A DNA stretch of 64,000 nucleotides from Candidatus Bathyarchaeum tardum. GTDB taxonomy: Archaea; Thermoproteota; Bathyarchaeia; Bathyarchaeales; Bathyarchaeaceae. Numbering within the stretch: position 1 is the stretch's first letter; each line of letters opens with the position of its first letter. The DNA is taken from contig CP122380.1 in NCBI GenBank assembly GCA_024650005.2, positions 448,001 through 512,000 on the forward strand. Direction: 5' to 3'. Shown here one piece after another: positions 49,068 through 60,204 of the stretch. The notes under the pieces are model-generated. The model searched no databases and was not told where the DNA came from. It saw only the letters and a list, made by a program, of their open reading frames with translations. The position numbers were made by a program, and so were the translations under genes.

Positions 49068-49468
49068 TTTGTTTTCCTCCGAATTCCCCAATAAAAAAAA
49101 TGTAGATTCAAAAAACTATTACATTGTGTGCATACACAAGTCAGACACACAATAATGAATCACGTTTTCAAAAAACTAAACTCACATTTTTAATGTTGAA
49201 CCCGTTTCCATTATTTCCTATTGTTCTCCATATGATGCCGTAATAGTAATTCACCATATCAAAAATTTATAAGTCAAAAATTATACGGAAAGCACAACTC
49301 CGTTAAGGGCTGAAATGTTCACGCATTAGTAACCTGTTCAGCTGCTATTTGTTTGTGGATTGCAGTTTCACCATGGTTTGGGATTATTTTCTTGAGTTCA
49401 AAATTAATTTTTTTGCCAAGGATAACTATGAGCTTATCCCCATTTTTCTAACACCTACCACGCAGTTA

Positions 49469-50296
49469 TCAACCTTTTTGGTAAATTCGGCATTTTGAGT
49501 TAACGTCAACAAATTTTTGGCTGGCTTCTCCAGCGATAAATTCTGTCTTGCCTGATATCAAGTAGCCCTCTGGTCGCAGGGAGTTATAGAAATGTCCGTA
49601 AATTATTTGTTGAATTTCTCTGGAAAAGTAGATCATGACATTTCGGCATAAAATTAAATCCAGGTTCCGGCGCACCGGTGGAGCCATTAAATCTTGTTTT
49701 TCGAAATGAATAATCTCTTTTATAAAGGGTTTAACCTTGTATATGTTGTCTTCAAAGTCAAAATATTTTTCAAGCAACTTTTTGTTGATGCTTTCTGTTG
49801 CTCGTTTATCGTATTCTCCACGAGCTGACTTGTCCAGAACTGTTTCATCGATGTCTGAAGCGTATATTGTAACTCGTCGTTCTTTTGGTGGAATTTTTGA
49901 AACTTCATGAATTAGCATGGCCAGAGAATATGGCTCTTCACCTGTTGCGCATCCTGCGCTCCAAATTCTAATCCATGGTTTGGATGAGAATATGAGTTTA
50001 GGAAGAAGTGTGTCTTTCAAAAAATCGTAGACGTCTGTGTCCCTGAAGAATTTGGTGTAGTTTACTGTGACATCGTCGATTAATCGCTTAAATTCTGCTG
50101 GATTTGTTTTAAGAAATTGCATGTACTTGGAGTAAGTGTGAGTTTTTGTTAGGGTTAATCTTACTTTTAATCGCCTTTTCAAGTAAGACTCACGGTAGTA
50201 ATCAAAATTAATTCCCGTACCTTGATTCATTACCTCTTTGAGCATTTGAAAATCAATTTCAGTGCCTACGTCTACAGTTGAACATGTTTGATTCAC
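49469..50296 (-). CDS. cheR: Chemotaxis methyltransferase CheR
   Basis: TVNYTKFFRD, IWSAGCATGEEPYS, CRNVMIYF. Confidence 0.96.
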   Translation of the reverse strand: MNQTCSTVDVGTEIDFQMLKEVMNQGTGINFDYYRESYLKRRLKVRLTLTKTHTYSKYMQFLKTNPAEFKRLIDDVTVNYTKFFRDTDVYDFLKDTLLPKLIFSSKPWIRIWSAGCATGEEPYSLAMLIHEVSKIPPKERRVTIYASDIDETVLDKSARGEYDKRATESINKKLLEKYFDFEDNIYKVKPFIKEIIHFEKQDLMAPPVRRNLDLILCRNVMIYFSREIQQIIYGHFYNSLRPEGYLISGKTEFIAGEASQKFVDVNSKCRIYQKG

Positions 50297-50492
50297 TTAG
50301 TTTCCACCCACACACCTTATCAAACAACTTCAGCTTCTAGATAGGAGTTATGAACTCTTAGTTAATATTTTCAATAACCCCAACAATTATTCAAACAACA
50401 ATTTTCTGCAATCAAAGGTGAACGCCAATAACTCATTTGTGTAAACAAAAAACCGCAATGTGTCAATCTTGGATAGAATATAGTTGGTTTTA

Positions 50493-51149
50493 CTATAGCC
50501 ATTCTTGGCTCTGTGTTACAAGTAATTCTTGGAGTTCTACACTTGGGAAAACTACTAAGCTTCCTCCGACTTCGCTGGTGCTTCGTCTGAAACAAGCGTC
50601 AAACACTAATGCGGCCTCTGTAAGTAAGGCCTGTTTTACAAGAAAGCTATCTAGAACACACTCAAAAGGTCCTCTGACCAGGCTGGGTGGTCTTGGAACC
50701 ATTTCCACTCCAGTAAAGTCTGCAATTGCACTGAGAAATCCGCCAATCATGATGTTTCCCAATTCTGCTACTGCAGAGTTTTCTGTGTCTTCGTCAAGTT
50801 CTTCTGGTGTGGTCATTGCCATCATGGCTGCGATTCTTTTTGCCTCTTCCATTTCTAATACCAATAAAATGTCGCAGTCTGCTTCTCCTCGTAGTTGCAT
50901 GTAAATGACCGTCATCATGTTATCACGGCTTCCAAACAGCCTTGGAACCAAATGTGGAGGTGAAACATGCAATCGGGGGACTTCTACTACTATTCTTTCG
51001 TTGAGGATGTCTGCAAGGGCTGTGGTTGCGTTTCCTGAACCTATGTTTCCTAATTCTAAAAGTATGTCACAGTTAAGTTGATTTTCTGGGTCAAAAGATT
51101 CCAGATTTTGACTGTTATTTTGTTTAAATGTTTGCAATTTTAAACCCAA
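50493..51149 (-). CDS. cheC: Chemotaxis phosphatase CheC (copy 1)
   Basis: ELGNIGSGNATTAL and AELGNIM; exact start uncertain. Confidence 0.9.
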   Translation of the reverse strand: MGLKLQTFKQNNSQNLESFDPENQLNCDILLELGNIGSGNATTALADILNERIVVEVPRLHVSPPHLVPRLFGSRDNMMTVIYMQLRGEADCDILLVLEMEEAKRIAAMMAMTTPEELDEDTENSAVAELGNIMIGGFLSAIADFTGVEMVPRPPSLVRGPFECVLDSFLVKQALLTEAALVFDACFRRSTSEVGGSLVVFPSVELQELLVTQSQEWL

Positions 51150-51757
51150 TCCTTTGCTTTATCTGTTAACGCTTTGTGCATTTCTTCACTTGGGAACATC
51201 ATTAGGACGCCACTTATGTTTCCGTCAGAACGTTTGAAATGTGTGTCAAAGATTATTGCCACATCAGAGTTGACTAACTGTTTTCCTGTGAACTTTTCAA
51301 ATATTCTTTCAAAGGAATCTGTTGTTCGTTCAGGTGGGTAAGGTACCAAATTTACACTTGTAAAATCAGACAATGCCGCTAAGAACGAACCGATTACAAT
51401 GTTTCCGAGCTCTTCTATTGCAGAAGTTTCCATTTCTGGGTCTAACTCTTCAATGGGCATCATTGTCATCATTGATGCTATTTTTTTTGCTTCTTTGTTT
51501 TCGAAAATCAGCAAGACATCGCAGTCGGCGTCTCCTCGTAGTTGCATGTAAATTCCAGTTGATTCAACACCCTGTTGTTCGTAAAAGTCTTGAACCCGTT
51601 CATTTGGCACAGCGTGAATTTTTGGAACTTCTATGGATATTTGTTCCTGAAAAATTTCAGATAACGATGTAGCTGCGTTACCTGCACCTATGCTTCCTAA
51701 TTCTAGAAAGATTTCAAGATCTAGGTCATTGCTTTTTTGCATTGCTTTTTCTATCAT
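51140..51757 (-). CDS. cheC: Chemotaxis phosphatase CheC (copy 2)
   Basis: ELGSIGAGNAATSL and EELGNIV; shares IYMQLRG.ADCD with copy 1. Confidence 0.9.
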   Translation of the reverse strand: MIEKAMQKSNDLDLEIFLELGSIGAGNAATSLSEIFQEQISIEVPKIHAVPNERVQDFYEQQGVESTGIYMQLRGDADCDVLLIFENKEAKKIASMMTMMPIEELDPEMETSAIEELGNIVIGSFLAALSDFTSVNLVPYPPERTTDSFERIFEKFTGKQLVNSDVAIIFDTHFKRSDGNISGVLMMFPSEEMHKALTDKAKDWV

Positions 51758-52272
51758 ATTTTTGTAGCATCTCCATTTCCGTTTCGCACGTAAACTTCTC
51801 CGGTAACAACATTGAATGTAACTTTTCGGCCAACTATTCCTGTAACGTCTTCTGCCAACAGTTTAATCCCATGTTCTGCTAGCGCCTGTTTCACTGCTTC
51901 CACATTTTTTGTTCCAATATTCATTGTATTAGAATTCAAGTTAGGAAACATGTTAGCGCCGCCTGCAATTTTGGCCGATAAGGCGAAGCTGCATTTTCCT
52001 GATTGCTTTAGTGCTTTTGTTAATGCTGGAACTGCTGTGTCAGCGTATTTTGAATGCAAAACGTCTTTACGGCATATGCTAGAACTTGGTAGCATTATAT
52101 GAGCCATTCCGCCGCACTTGTTTATTGGGTCATGGATGCATATCGCGACGCATGAGCCAACATTTGTTACCAGAGAAACTGGTCTTCGTTCAATTTTCAT
52201 TTCTGCCATGTCTACCCTGACTTCTTCTAGATGTCCCATTTTTGGACTTTGAGTGGTTGTAGTTGATGACAT
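51754..52272 (-). CDS. cheD: Chemoreceptor glutamine deamidase CheD
   Basis: GSCVA, GGMAHIMLP, KYADTA, AKIAGGANMF; start moved to ATG 52272. Confidence 0.93.
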   Translation of the reverse strand: MSSTTTTQSPKMGHLEEVRVDMAEMKIERRPVSLVTNVGSCVAICIHDPINKCGGMAHIMLPSSSICRKDVLHSKYADTAVPALTKALKQSGKCSFALSAKIAGGANMFPNLNSNTMNIGTKNVEAVKQALAEHGIKLLAEDVTGIVGRKVTFNVVTGEVYVRNGNGDATKI

Positions 52273-52399
52273 TAAAGATGAAAAAATTGGTTTAGTTGTG
52301 CATGTTGAATCAAACCTGTTTGGTATTTTGGTTAGGTGTGTGTTTAATGGATTATTTGTTAATAGCAGTTGGAGAAGTCGGGTCCACACGGGGATGTCC

Positions 52400-52768
52400 T
52401 CAGCAGTATTTGGACAAAACTTCTAGAACTTTCTGGGGTTTGAAAGGTTTGGTTACGAAGTCCTTGGCTCCAGACTTCAAAGCTTCAACGATGAGGCTTT
52501 GTTGACCCATGCTGCTGCACATTACACATTTTGCTGCGGGGTCTTCTTCCATTATTTTTTTTAGGGCTTCAATTCCATCTTTGGTCATTTCCCCTGCTGG
52601 CATTACTATGTCCATTAGAACTAGGTCTGGTTTGTGTTGTCTGTATAGTAGTATTGCTTCGTCTCCTGAACCTGCTTCTGCGATTACGTCGTGTCCTGAT
52701 TGCATGACAATTCGTTTAAGCACGTTTCTCATGAATGAAGCATCGTCTGCTATTAGAACTCCTGCCAT
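52400..52768 (-). CDS. cheY: Chemotaxis response regulator CheY
   Basis: ADDASFMR, PDLVLMDIVMP, SSMGQQ, DFVTKPF. Confidence 0.95.
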   Translation of the reverse strand: MAGVLIADDASFMRNVLKRIVMQSGHDVIAEAGSGDEAILLYRQHKPDLVLMDIVMPAGEMTKDGIEALKKIMEEDPAAKCVMCSSMGQQSLIVEALKSGAKDFVTKPFKPQKVLEVLSKYC

Positions 52769-52965
52769 GGTTAAAATCCTCCATAACCTCTTGGTTTGGT
52801 TGTGGTTTTTAGTGTTAAGATTCTCATTACGTTCCCACCCGAGAACGAGTAATAGTGAAAAACCAATAAAAATATTATGTCTTAATATATTCGATTACTA
52901 TGACCTATTACTGAACAATACCAAAAAACCCTAACAACAATCAAGTTTAACAAAAAAGGCAAAAA

Positions 52966-53310
52966 CTACACAATATATCTGAGCTTTTTTGTTTCACTTT
53001 GTTGCTTGAGCCAACTCTCGCTCACAAAGGACCACGTAAACTCATTATTTTCAATCTGTAACACAAGCAAAAGATCAGAATTATCCAATCTGGTGTATTC
53101 TAATAATACTTCGTACATTTTTTGTGAAATGTCAAAATCCAAATCAACCATCTGACCGCCATCAACTTGTTTTGCCCGAAAAATCGCATTATACTTCTGG
53201 TTTGATTCAGAAAATTCAACATTCACTTGGTCAACATAATACAACGAATTTTCATACTTCAAAATAACATGACGAGCGTTATCAGACCGAGTTTCCACCC
53301 TCTTAACCAT
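52966..53310 (-). CDS. Hypothetical 114-aa beta-rich protein
   Basis: ATG-initiated ORF filling the gap, co-oriented upstream of cheY. Confidence 0.65.
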   Translation of the reverse strand: MVKRVETRSDNARHVILKYENSLYYVDQVNVEFSESNQKYNAIFRAKQVDGGQMVDLDFDISQKMYEVLLEYTRLDNSDLLLVLQIENNEFTWSFVSESWLKQQSETKKLRYIV

Positions 53311-53689
53311 AACAAATCAACTGCTAGTGTGTTTTCAAGAAACACTATTAACTAACAATAAAATGTTAACACTTAAAGGGTGTTTCCATCATCGATGCAT
53401 TACAAAAAATAAAAATCTGAATGAACTGCTTATTTTTTACCTTTTTTCCTCTGTTCCCAAAACTTGTTCTTTTGTCTACTATGTGTTGATGTAATCCATT
53501 TTTATATATGAATTCAACAATTTCTGCTCTACTGTCAATTTCAGGGGAATGTTAAGAACTACGGTGATGTGCACATGTTACTACATTATTTAATATTTTT
53601 TCTTTTTTAGTTTTTTTCTAGGCTTATTTTCATGACAAATATTATATACATTTCGATTGAATACCAATATTTATTATGAAGGGAAAAAA

Positions 53690-56263
53690 ATGAAAAAACT
53701 AGATTATAATAGAAAAATTTTTGCAATCGTTTTGGCTCTGATGTTGACAATTTCAACTATAATTGTTATTTTGCCAACAGTCAGCGGACAAGAATACGAT
53801 TACAGTAAAACAGCATATGCATACATTGGTGCTACACCAAACCCCGTAGGTGTAAATCAAGAAGTATTGCTGCACGTAGGAATCACGGACTATCTAAATG
53901 TAGTAAGTGATGGATGGGAAGGTCTAACAGTTACCGTTACTGACCCTAACGGAAACGAAGAAACTCTTGGTCCATTCAGAACAGACTCTACAGGTGGAAC
54001 CGGAACAATATTCGTACCCACAATGATTGGAACATATACCCTCCAAACACATTTCCCTGCACAAACTTACACGTGGACTTCACCCCCAGTGTTTGACCCC
54101 GAATTCGTTGGTACTATACTGTATGAAGCTGATGACAGTGAAGAACTAGAACTTGTTGTAAATCAAGATCCAAAAGAATACTACACTCCTTCACCATTTC
54201 CAAATGAATACTGGAGCCGACCAATAGATGGACAAAATCGAGAATGGTACAGTATTGCTGGCAACTGGGTTGATCGTCCAGCAAACAGTTATGCACCTTA
54301 CAACGATTATGCTCCTGAAACAGCCCACATATTATGGACTGATTGGTTAGAACTTGGTGGTGTCGCCGGTGGAGCAACTGGATTTCACGCTTTCGATTGT
54401 GGTGACGCGTACGAAGGAAAATTCGTTGGCTCTGTAGTTATTGGTGGTATACTGTTCTATAACAAATATCACTCTGGATTAGCCGGAGGTCCTGAATCTC
54501 AGATAGTTGTTGCGACTAATCTACACACAGGTGAAGTATTATGGGAAAAACCATTAACTGCTCCTGATGGATCGGTTCATAGACTTGCTTTTGGTCAAAC
54601 ATTTTATTTTGACTCCTTTAACTATCACGCAGTTTTTGATTTTCTATGGGCAACAGAATCAATTTTTGATTTTGCCACATTTACCTCTAAAAATATTTGG
54701 CATGCTTTTGATCCTCTAACAGGAATCTGGCAATACTCAATGGAAAACGTCCCAGCTGGAAGTATAATGTTTGGAGCTAGTACAACTATCCGAGGGGACA
54801 ACGGTGAAATCATAATTTATAACATCAATACTGCAGCCGGTTGGTTGGCAAAATGGAACTCAACCCGCGTAATCTTCGGTGATGGCGTAGGTTTTGATAC
54901 CGGAAGTTTCAGACCATATGGTCAAACATGGGATGGGAACAGAGGCTATGAATACAATGTTACAATTCCAACTGGTTTGCCTGGAGCAATACGATTCATA
55001 ACTCAAGATAAAGCTGTTGGAAACGATGTTTCTGGATGGGGTGGTATTGGAGACGATCCTGTTAATCAATGGTGTCTTAGTTTAGAAGATGGAGATTTGG
55101 TGTGGCAAAACACATGGGTTCCCCCACAAGGTGACTTGGGCATATCGTATGGTGCTTCTAGTAGCGAAGAAGGAATTTTCACATTACAGGCAAAAGAAAC
55201 AAGGCAAGTTTGGGCATTCGATATAAATACTGGTGAAGAACTTTGGGGACCTACTGAATCGATGCCATATTTGGGTATATATGGAATGATAAGTAACATA
55301 GCAGAAGGCAAAGTTATTGTAGCAGCTCGAATGGCTGGAGTCGTGAATGCATACGATTCTAACACCGGTAATTTAATCTGGTCTTATGATGCATCCGATC
55401 CATTCAATGAAATTCTGTGGGGCAATTCTTGGCCAGTACAGCCTGTGTTCATAACTGATGGAAAAATTTACCTTGGTCACAGTGAGCACTCTCCAGTTGA
55501 TCCTAAACCGCGGGGTGCTCCATTCATATGCCTTGATCTTGATGATGGTTCAGTAATCTGGAGAGCAGATGGGTTATTCCGTCAAACAGATTGGGGTGGT
55601 AAAGCCGTAATAGGCGACAGCATAATTGCAACAATGGATTCATATGACCAACGTATCTATGCCATCGGCAAGGGTGCAAGTAAAACTACACTTACTGCTT
55701 CACCCAAAGGTGCAACAGTAGGAAGCAGCGTAATACTAGAAGGCATGATCACCGACATATCACCAGGAACTAATGACATTGAGTTAACAACAAGGTTCCC
55801 CAATGGAGTTCCAGCAGTAGCAGATGAATCCATGAGCGAATGGATGCTATACGTCTACAAACACATGGCTCGCCCCTCAAACACAAATGGAGTTACAGTA
55901 ATCTTCTGGGCAGTTACTCCTGAAGGAAATACAATGGACATTGGTCGAACCACAACAGACAGCAACGGATACTACAGCTTCTCGTTCAGACCAGAACTTG
56001 AAGGCATATACACCATATTTGCAACCTTTGAAGGAACTGCAGGATACTACGGTTCAAACACACAAACTGCTATTGTAGTAGACCCCGCACCTACACCTGC
56101 AGCACCTATTGAACCTGAAGAACCAGAAACCCCCGAAGTGCCTATTGAACCAACCCAACCAGAAGCACCGTTGATCACCACTGAAATGGCAATCGTCATA
56201 GCAGTTGCAGTTATTGCACTCATCAGCGTAGCAGTGTTCTTTGTGCTAAGAAGGCGAAAATAA
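53690..56263 (+). CDS. Large membrane-anchored surface protein with PQQ-type beta-propeller repeats (paralogue of 19998-22559)
   Basis: Signal peptide; shared motifs EYW.RPID.QNREW, GDAYEGK, EHS..DPKPRGAP, MSEWMLYVYKH; Pro/Glu linker, TM, RRRK. Confidence 0.87.
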   Translation: MKKLDYNRKIFAIVLALMLTISTIIVILPTVSGQEYDYSKTAYAYIGATPNPVGVNQEVLLHVGITDYLNVVSDGWEGLTVTVTDPNGNEETLGPFRTDSTGGTGTIFVPTMIGTYTLQTHFPAQTYTWTSPPVFDPEFVGTILYEADDSEELELVVNQDPKEYYTPSPFPNEYWSRPIDGQNREWYSIAGNWVDRPANSYAPYNDYAPETAHILWTDWLELGGVAGGATGFHAFDCGDAYEGKFVGSVVIGGILFYNKYHSGLAGGPESQIVVATNLHTGEVLWEKPLTAPDGSVHRLAFGQTFYFDSFNYHAVFDFLWATESIFDFATFTSKNIWHAFDPLTGIWQYSMENVPAGSIMFGASTTIRGDNGEIIIYNINTAAGWLAKWNSTRVIFGDGVGFDTGSFRPYGQTWDGNRGYEYNVTIPTGLPGAIRFITQDKAVGNDVSGWGGIGDDPVNQWCLSLEDGDLVWQNTWVPPQGDLGISYGASSSEEGIFTLQAKETRQVWAFDINTGEELWGPTESMPYLGIYGMISNIAEGKVIVAARMAGVVNAYDSNTGNLIWSYDASDPFNEILWGNSWPVQPVFITDGKIYLGHSEHSPVDPKPRGAPFICLDLDDGSVIWRADGLFRQTDWGGKAVIGDSIIATMDSYDQRIYAIGKGASKTTLTASPKGATVGSSVILEGMITDISPGTNDIELTTRFPNGVPAVADESMSEWMLYVYKHMARPSNTNGVTVIFWAVTPEGNTMDIGRTTTDSNGYYSFSFRPELEGIYTIFATFEGTAGYYGSNTQTAIVVDPAPTPAAPIEPEEPETPEVPIEPTQPEAPLITTEMAIVIAVAVIALISVAVFFVLRRRK

Positions 56264-56480
56264 CCAATTTTCCCTCCCTTTTTCTTTTTTGGGAGTAAAA
56301 GTATGGGAGAAATGGGGCTGAAAAGGCTCAAACACAAAAAATGAAAAAATAACCAAAGTGATAGTAGCAAATTTTTTTCATTTTTTATCCTCAATAGCCT
56401 GTGCTAGAGTCTCAGTAAACCCATTTCTTTCTTGACAAACCTAGTTTTGAGTTAATAAAGAAAAAAGGGAATATGCCCAT

Positions 56481-56951
56481 TTATTGGGCAAAAAAATAGT
56501 TTGTTTCTGTTATTGTGCCGTTTTCCCATGTGCCTTCCCAGTTCAATGAATAAGGAATCGAGATCATTCCAGAGGGTACAGAATATTCAACTTTAACATC
56601 AAATGTTGGGTTAGCAACTATTGGGTACGAGATTTCAACAGTCCAGCCTTCACTTTGATAGTTATAGAGTCCAGCACCTAGAAGACCTGTTTCTACAAGT
56701 CCACCAGTCCATTCAAAATTGTTTATCAAAACTGTTACATCTGGGTGGTTATCTTGGATGTATTGTATAATCTCATCCCTAATTTGTTCAGGCGAAGAAA
56801 TTTCTGAATTTAGAGAATCGTTTGTTTCATTTGGTACAATATTTTCATTTTGATTTGAGCCTGCCAAGACCCAAGCAATGCTACTGCAGCAAACTAAAAC
56901 GGCTGCAAAAACAGCAATCCACAGATATTTTTTATTTCGTTTTTGGTTCAT
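56481..56951 (-). CDS. Hypothetical secreted or membrane-anchored protein
   Basis: Basic N-terminus, hydrophobic signal, Asn/Glu-rich ectodomain. Confidence 0.72.
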   Translation of the reverse strand: MNQKRNKKYLWIAVFAAVLVCCSSIAWVLAGSNQNENIVPNETNDSLNSEISSPEQIRDEIIQYIQDNHPDVTVLINNFEWTGGLVETGLLGAGLYNYQSEGWTVEISYPIVANPTFDVKVEYSVPSGMISIPYSLNWEGTWENGTITETNYFFAQ

Positions 56952-57002
56952 TGTTTTTCACCACATAACAAATGCTAAAATAACAAACTTAATGCCATGC
57001 TT

Positions 57003-57031
57003 TAGAACATAGTGTTCTATTTGCTAGAACA
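57003..57031. promoter_or_regulatory. Palindromic operator-like site TAGAACA-N3-TGTTCTA plus extra half-site
   Basis: 57003-57009 / 57013-57019; third TAGAACA at 57025-57031. Confidence 0.45.
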
Positions 57032-57388
57032 GAATAACTTTTCAAAAAACGGTATAATTTGAGATGTTTTTCCAGATTTACTTCTTAACCCGATGATAAC
57101 TAAAGCTGAACTAAAAAATTGTGGTAAAATATCATGAAGAAACTTCTGGAATACTGTTTGTTGGATTAGTGACTAATTGTTGTGGTTGTTTTCATCTAAT
57201 GTGTAAGGCTTCTCTGCAATTTCATCTCCATTTATATCTACCCAGTAATGGTCACTTCTGAGCTTCCTTTTGTAGATGAATCCAGCCTTTTGTTGTCTTT
57301 TACCGCTGAATCAGGACATAACCCAGCAGTTTATTGTTCTAATTGTGAAATAAGCCTGAAAACCAAATAAAAGAGGAAATTTTACTCC

Positions 57389-57607
57389 TTATAATTTTTT
57401 ATTGGTTTCTTCGATAATTTTTACAAAAGTGTGTTTTTTTTGTGCCCACGGAGCTGTGGTTTTTTTATGAGTCCTGACTAGTCCTGCATTCCTAAGGTTC
57501 GGAATTGCACCCCACATCATTTTAGGAATATTGGAAATATGTACGTCTTTTTGTTCTTTAATATAGTTGTATGTTTTCTTTTCAAATTCTGTAATTGTTC
57601 TTGCCAT
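57389..57607 (-). CDS. Small basic protein, winged-helix-like
   Basis: AGGAGGGAG before ATG; EKKTYNYI..GAIPNLRNAGLV. Confidence 0.7.
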   Translation of the reverse strand: MARTITEFEKKTYNYIKEQKDVHISNIPKMMWGAIPNLRNAGLVRTHKKTTAPWAQKKHTFVKIIEETNKKL

Positions 57608-57635
57608 TTATCTCCCTCCTATGCATTAAAACTAG

Positions 57636-57663
57636 GATACTATCTTGGTGCGTGATACTATCT
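57636..57663. promoter_or_regulatory. Tandem GATACTATCT boxes (each a GATA-C-TATC palindrome)
   Basis: 57636-57645 and 57654-57663, just upstream of the 57607 start. Confidence 0.45.
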
Positions 57664-58321
57664 AAATTAGTACATTTTTATCTCACTTTTTGAGATCGCA
57701 CCTATCTTCTTTTGCGTGACCTTTTTCGCGGAAAAAAATTAATTTCCCGCAGTACCGACATTTTTGTAACAAATATTTCAGGACCATATTATTATAGGTA
57801 ATTGTGGCATATTAACAGTTTGTTAATTGATAATTATCGTTATACATGAAGTAAAAAATAATGCAAATACAAAATTAATATAGTGAAAATTGACAAAAAT
57901 ATTTTTCCCATTTTTCAAAAATAGACTTAGAATTTGAATACACCTGAAAAAGAAAGCTAATACTAATGCGGGAGTTTGCGATTATTTTTTGTTCTTTTAT
58001 AAAAGATGGTGTTTCAGTTGGTTTCGTTGCAAAGGAATGGGCTGAAAATTAAATCAGGTTTACTGTTATTTTTTCTTTATCCTCTTATGGGGGGATGCAA
58101 AAATTGAAATTTGCTGTTGTTTGCTGGACAACAACCTGGTAATTTCGTGGTTTTGTGGAAATTTATGGTTGTCACATGTTTAACTTTTTACATGGGCTAA
58201 TTTTCAGGTATATTCGTTTTATATGAAGGATCAATTTTTTTCGTGTGCTTCTCGTGTTTGAAATAATTATCATTTATTTCACAGCTTTTCATTGTTAAAC
58301 CGAGTTAGATTTGCAAAATTC

Positions 58322-59959
58322 TTAATATTCAGGAGGCATTCCACCTGGACCGCCAGAAGCCCCAATGTTTTTGCCCGATATTACGTCGTCAATCCTCAAA
58401 ATCATGGTTGATGCTTCTGAAGCTGATTTAATTGCCTGTTCCTTAACACTTACCGGTTCGATAACTCCCTTTTTGCACATGTCAACAATCTCGCCGCTGA
58501 AAACGTCCACACCCATAAAATATCCTTTGGATTTCTCATGAACGGATCTCAGATTAACCAAGATGTCGATTTGTTCCAAGCCTGCGTTTTCGGCCAATGT
58601 TCTAGGAATTATTTCCAAAGATTTTGCAAAAGCTTCAACTGCTAACTGGGCTCTACCACCTATTTGAACTGCATACTCACGTAGTTGCTTTGCAATTTCA
58701 GTCTCTGTGGCTCCACCCCCAGCTACAACCTTATTTTTCTTGTATAAATCAGCAATAACTGACAAAACATCATGAATAATACGGTCAGCCTCATCTACCA
58801 ATCGTTCTAAACCTGCACGTATCAAAATTGAAACAGATTTAGGATTCCTGCAGCCTTCAACGAACACCATGTCATCATCGCCAATCTTTCGTTCTTCCAC
58901 AAGCTCAGCGTAACCTAAATCGTCTGGTCTAATATCATCTAAATTGGTAATAACTTTCGCTTCGGTTGATCTTGCAAGCATTTTCATATCAGATTCTTTT
59001 ACGCGCCTAACAGCCATTATACCCTCCTTTGCAAGGAAATATTGAGCTGTATCATCTATTCCTTTTTGACAAATCAAAACATTAGCTTTTGACTTCTTGA
59101 TTTTCCTAACCATTTCCCTGAGCATACTAGCTTCCTTATCTAAGAAGCCCGCAATTTGAGACGGATCGTCAATTCTAATTTGAGCGCTAACTTCAGTTTT
59201 TTTAACTTCCAACGCTGTATCAACAAGAGCAATTCGAGCCTGTTTCACACTTCTTGGCATGCCCGAATGAACAATTTCTTTGTCCACTATTAGACCTTTT
59301 ATGAGTTCGGTGTCTTGAAGACTTTTTCCCGCTTTCTTTACGATCTGGATGTTGTCTATGTCAACAATCCATTTGTCTCCTTGTTTTTCAGCTATGTGAT
59401 TAATTGCGGCAACAGCAATGTCAGCAAAATGTTCTTTTGCTGTTCCAACAGCTTTACTTCCCATTGCTGTTTTGGCAACCTTTTTGAGCATTTCTTTATC
59501 ATTCAAGTCCACCGTTTGGCTGATTTTATCCAAGACTTCTAAAGCTTTTTGAGTTGCTATCCGGTAACCTTTCACAATTAATGTTGGGTGGACACCTTCT
59601 TCTAGAAGCTCTTCTGCCTCTTTTAGTAATTCTCCTGCTAGAACTACTGCTGTTGTTGTTCCATCGCCAACCATATCGTCTTGGGTTTTGGCTACTTCAA
59701 CAATCATCTTTGCTGCTGGATGTTGAACATCAATCTCATCAAGTATTGTTGCCCCGTCGTTAGTTATGGTTATGTCACCTAGGCTGTCGACAATCATTTT
59801 ATCCATGCCTCGGGGTCCAAGTGTAGACCTTATGGCTTCAGCAATAACTTTGGCTGCCATAATATTGTTTTTCTGAGCCTCTTGTCCCCTGCTCCGTGAA
59901 GTTCCTTCTTTTAAAATAAGAACTGGTTGTCCACTTTTAGTTTGAGTTAAATATGCCAT
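58322..59959 (-). CDS. Thermosome (group II chaperonin) subunit
   Basis: [43 protein letters not shown] tail. Confidence 0.97.
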   Translation of the reverse strand: MAYLTQTKSGQPVLILKEGTSRSRGQEAQKNNIMAAKVIAEAIRSTLGPRGMDKMIVDSLGDITITNDGATILDEIDVQHPAAKMIVEVAKTQDDMVGDGTTTAVVLAGELLKEAEELLEEGVHPTLIVKGYRIATQKALEVLDKISQTVDLNDKEMLKKVAKTAMGSKAVGTAKEHFADIAVAAINHIAEKQGDKWIVDIDNIQIVKKAGKSLQDTELIKGLIVDKEIVHSGMPRSVKQARIALVDTALEVKKTEVSAQIRIDDPSQIAGFLDKEASMLREMVRKIKKSKANVLICQKGIDDTAQYFLAKEGIMAVRRVKESDMKMLARSTEAKVITNLDDIRPDDLGYAELVEERKIGDDDMVFVEGCRNPKSVSILIRAGLERLVDEADRIIHDVLSVIADLYKKNKVVAGGGATETEIAKQLREYAVQIGGRAQLAVEAFAKSLEIIPRTLAENAGLEQIDILVNLRSVHEKSKGYFMGVDVFSGEIVDMCKKGVIEPVSVKEQAIKSASEASTMILRIDDVISGKNIGASGGPGGMPPEY

Positions 59960-60204
59960 TAAATTCCCCTATTTTACTTAGTTTAAAAATGATTACGTCA
60001 ACATATCCAAAGGTTCTGAGAATATAAACATTCTTAGATTTAAGTATGATTTACACTTGAAAGTTATCTAAAAACAATATGAAAAAAAGGTTAATAATAA
60101 TGGCTTCATATTTCCTAAAATTGAATGCTTTTTTTCACAGATGTTTCTATCTAAAATTTTTGTCTGTTTATTTTTGTAAAATTTTCAAATACATAATGAA
60201 CTTA

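Noticed and set aside
52966-52980. C-terminal RYIV as proteasome HbYX motif
   Set aside because: Tyr is third from the end, not penultimate
57700-58320. Hidden genes in the ~600-nt AT-rich spacer
   Set aside because: Only short ORFs without ribosome-binding site or protein-like composition
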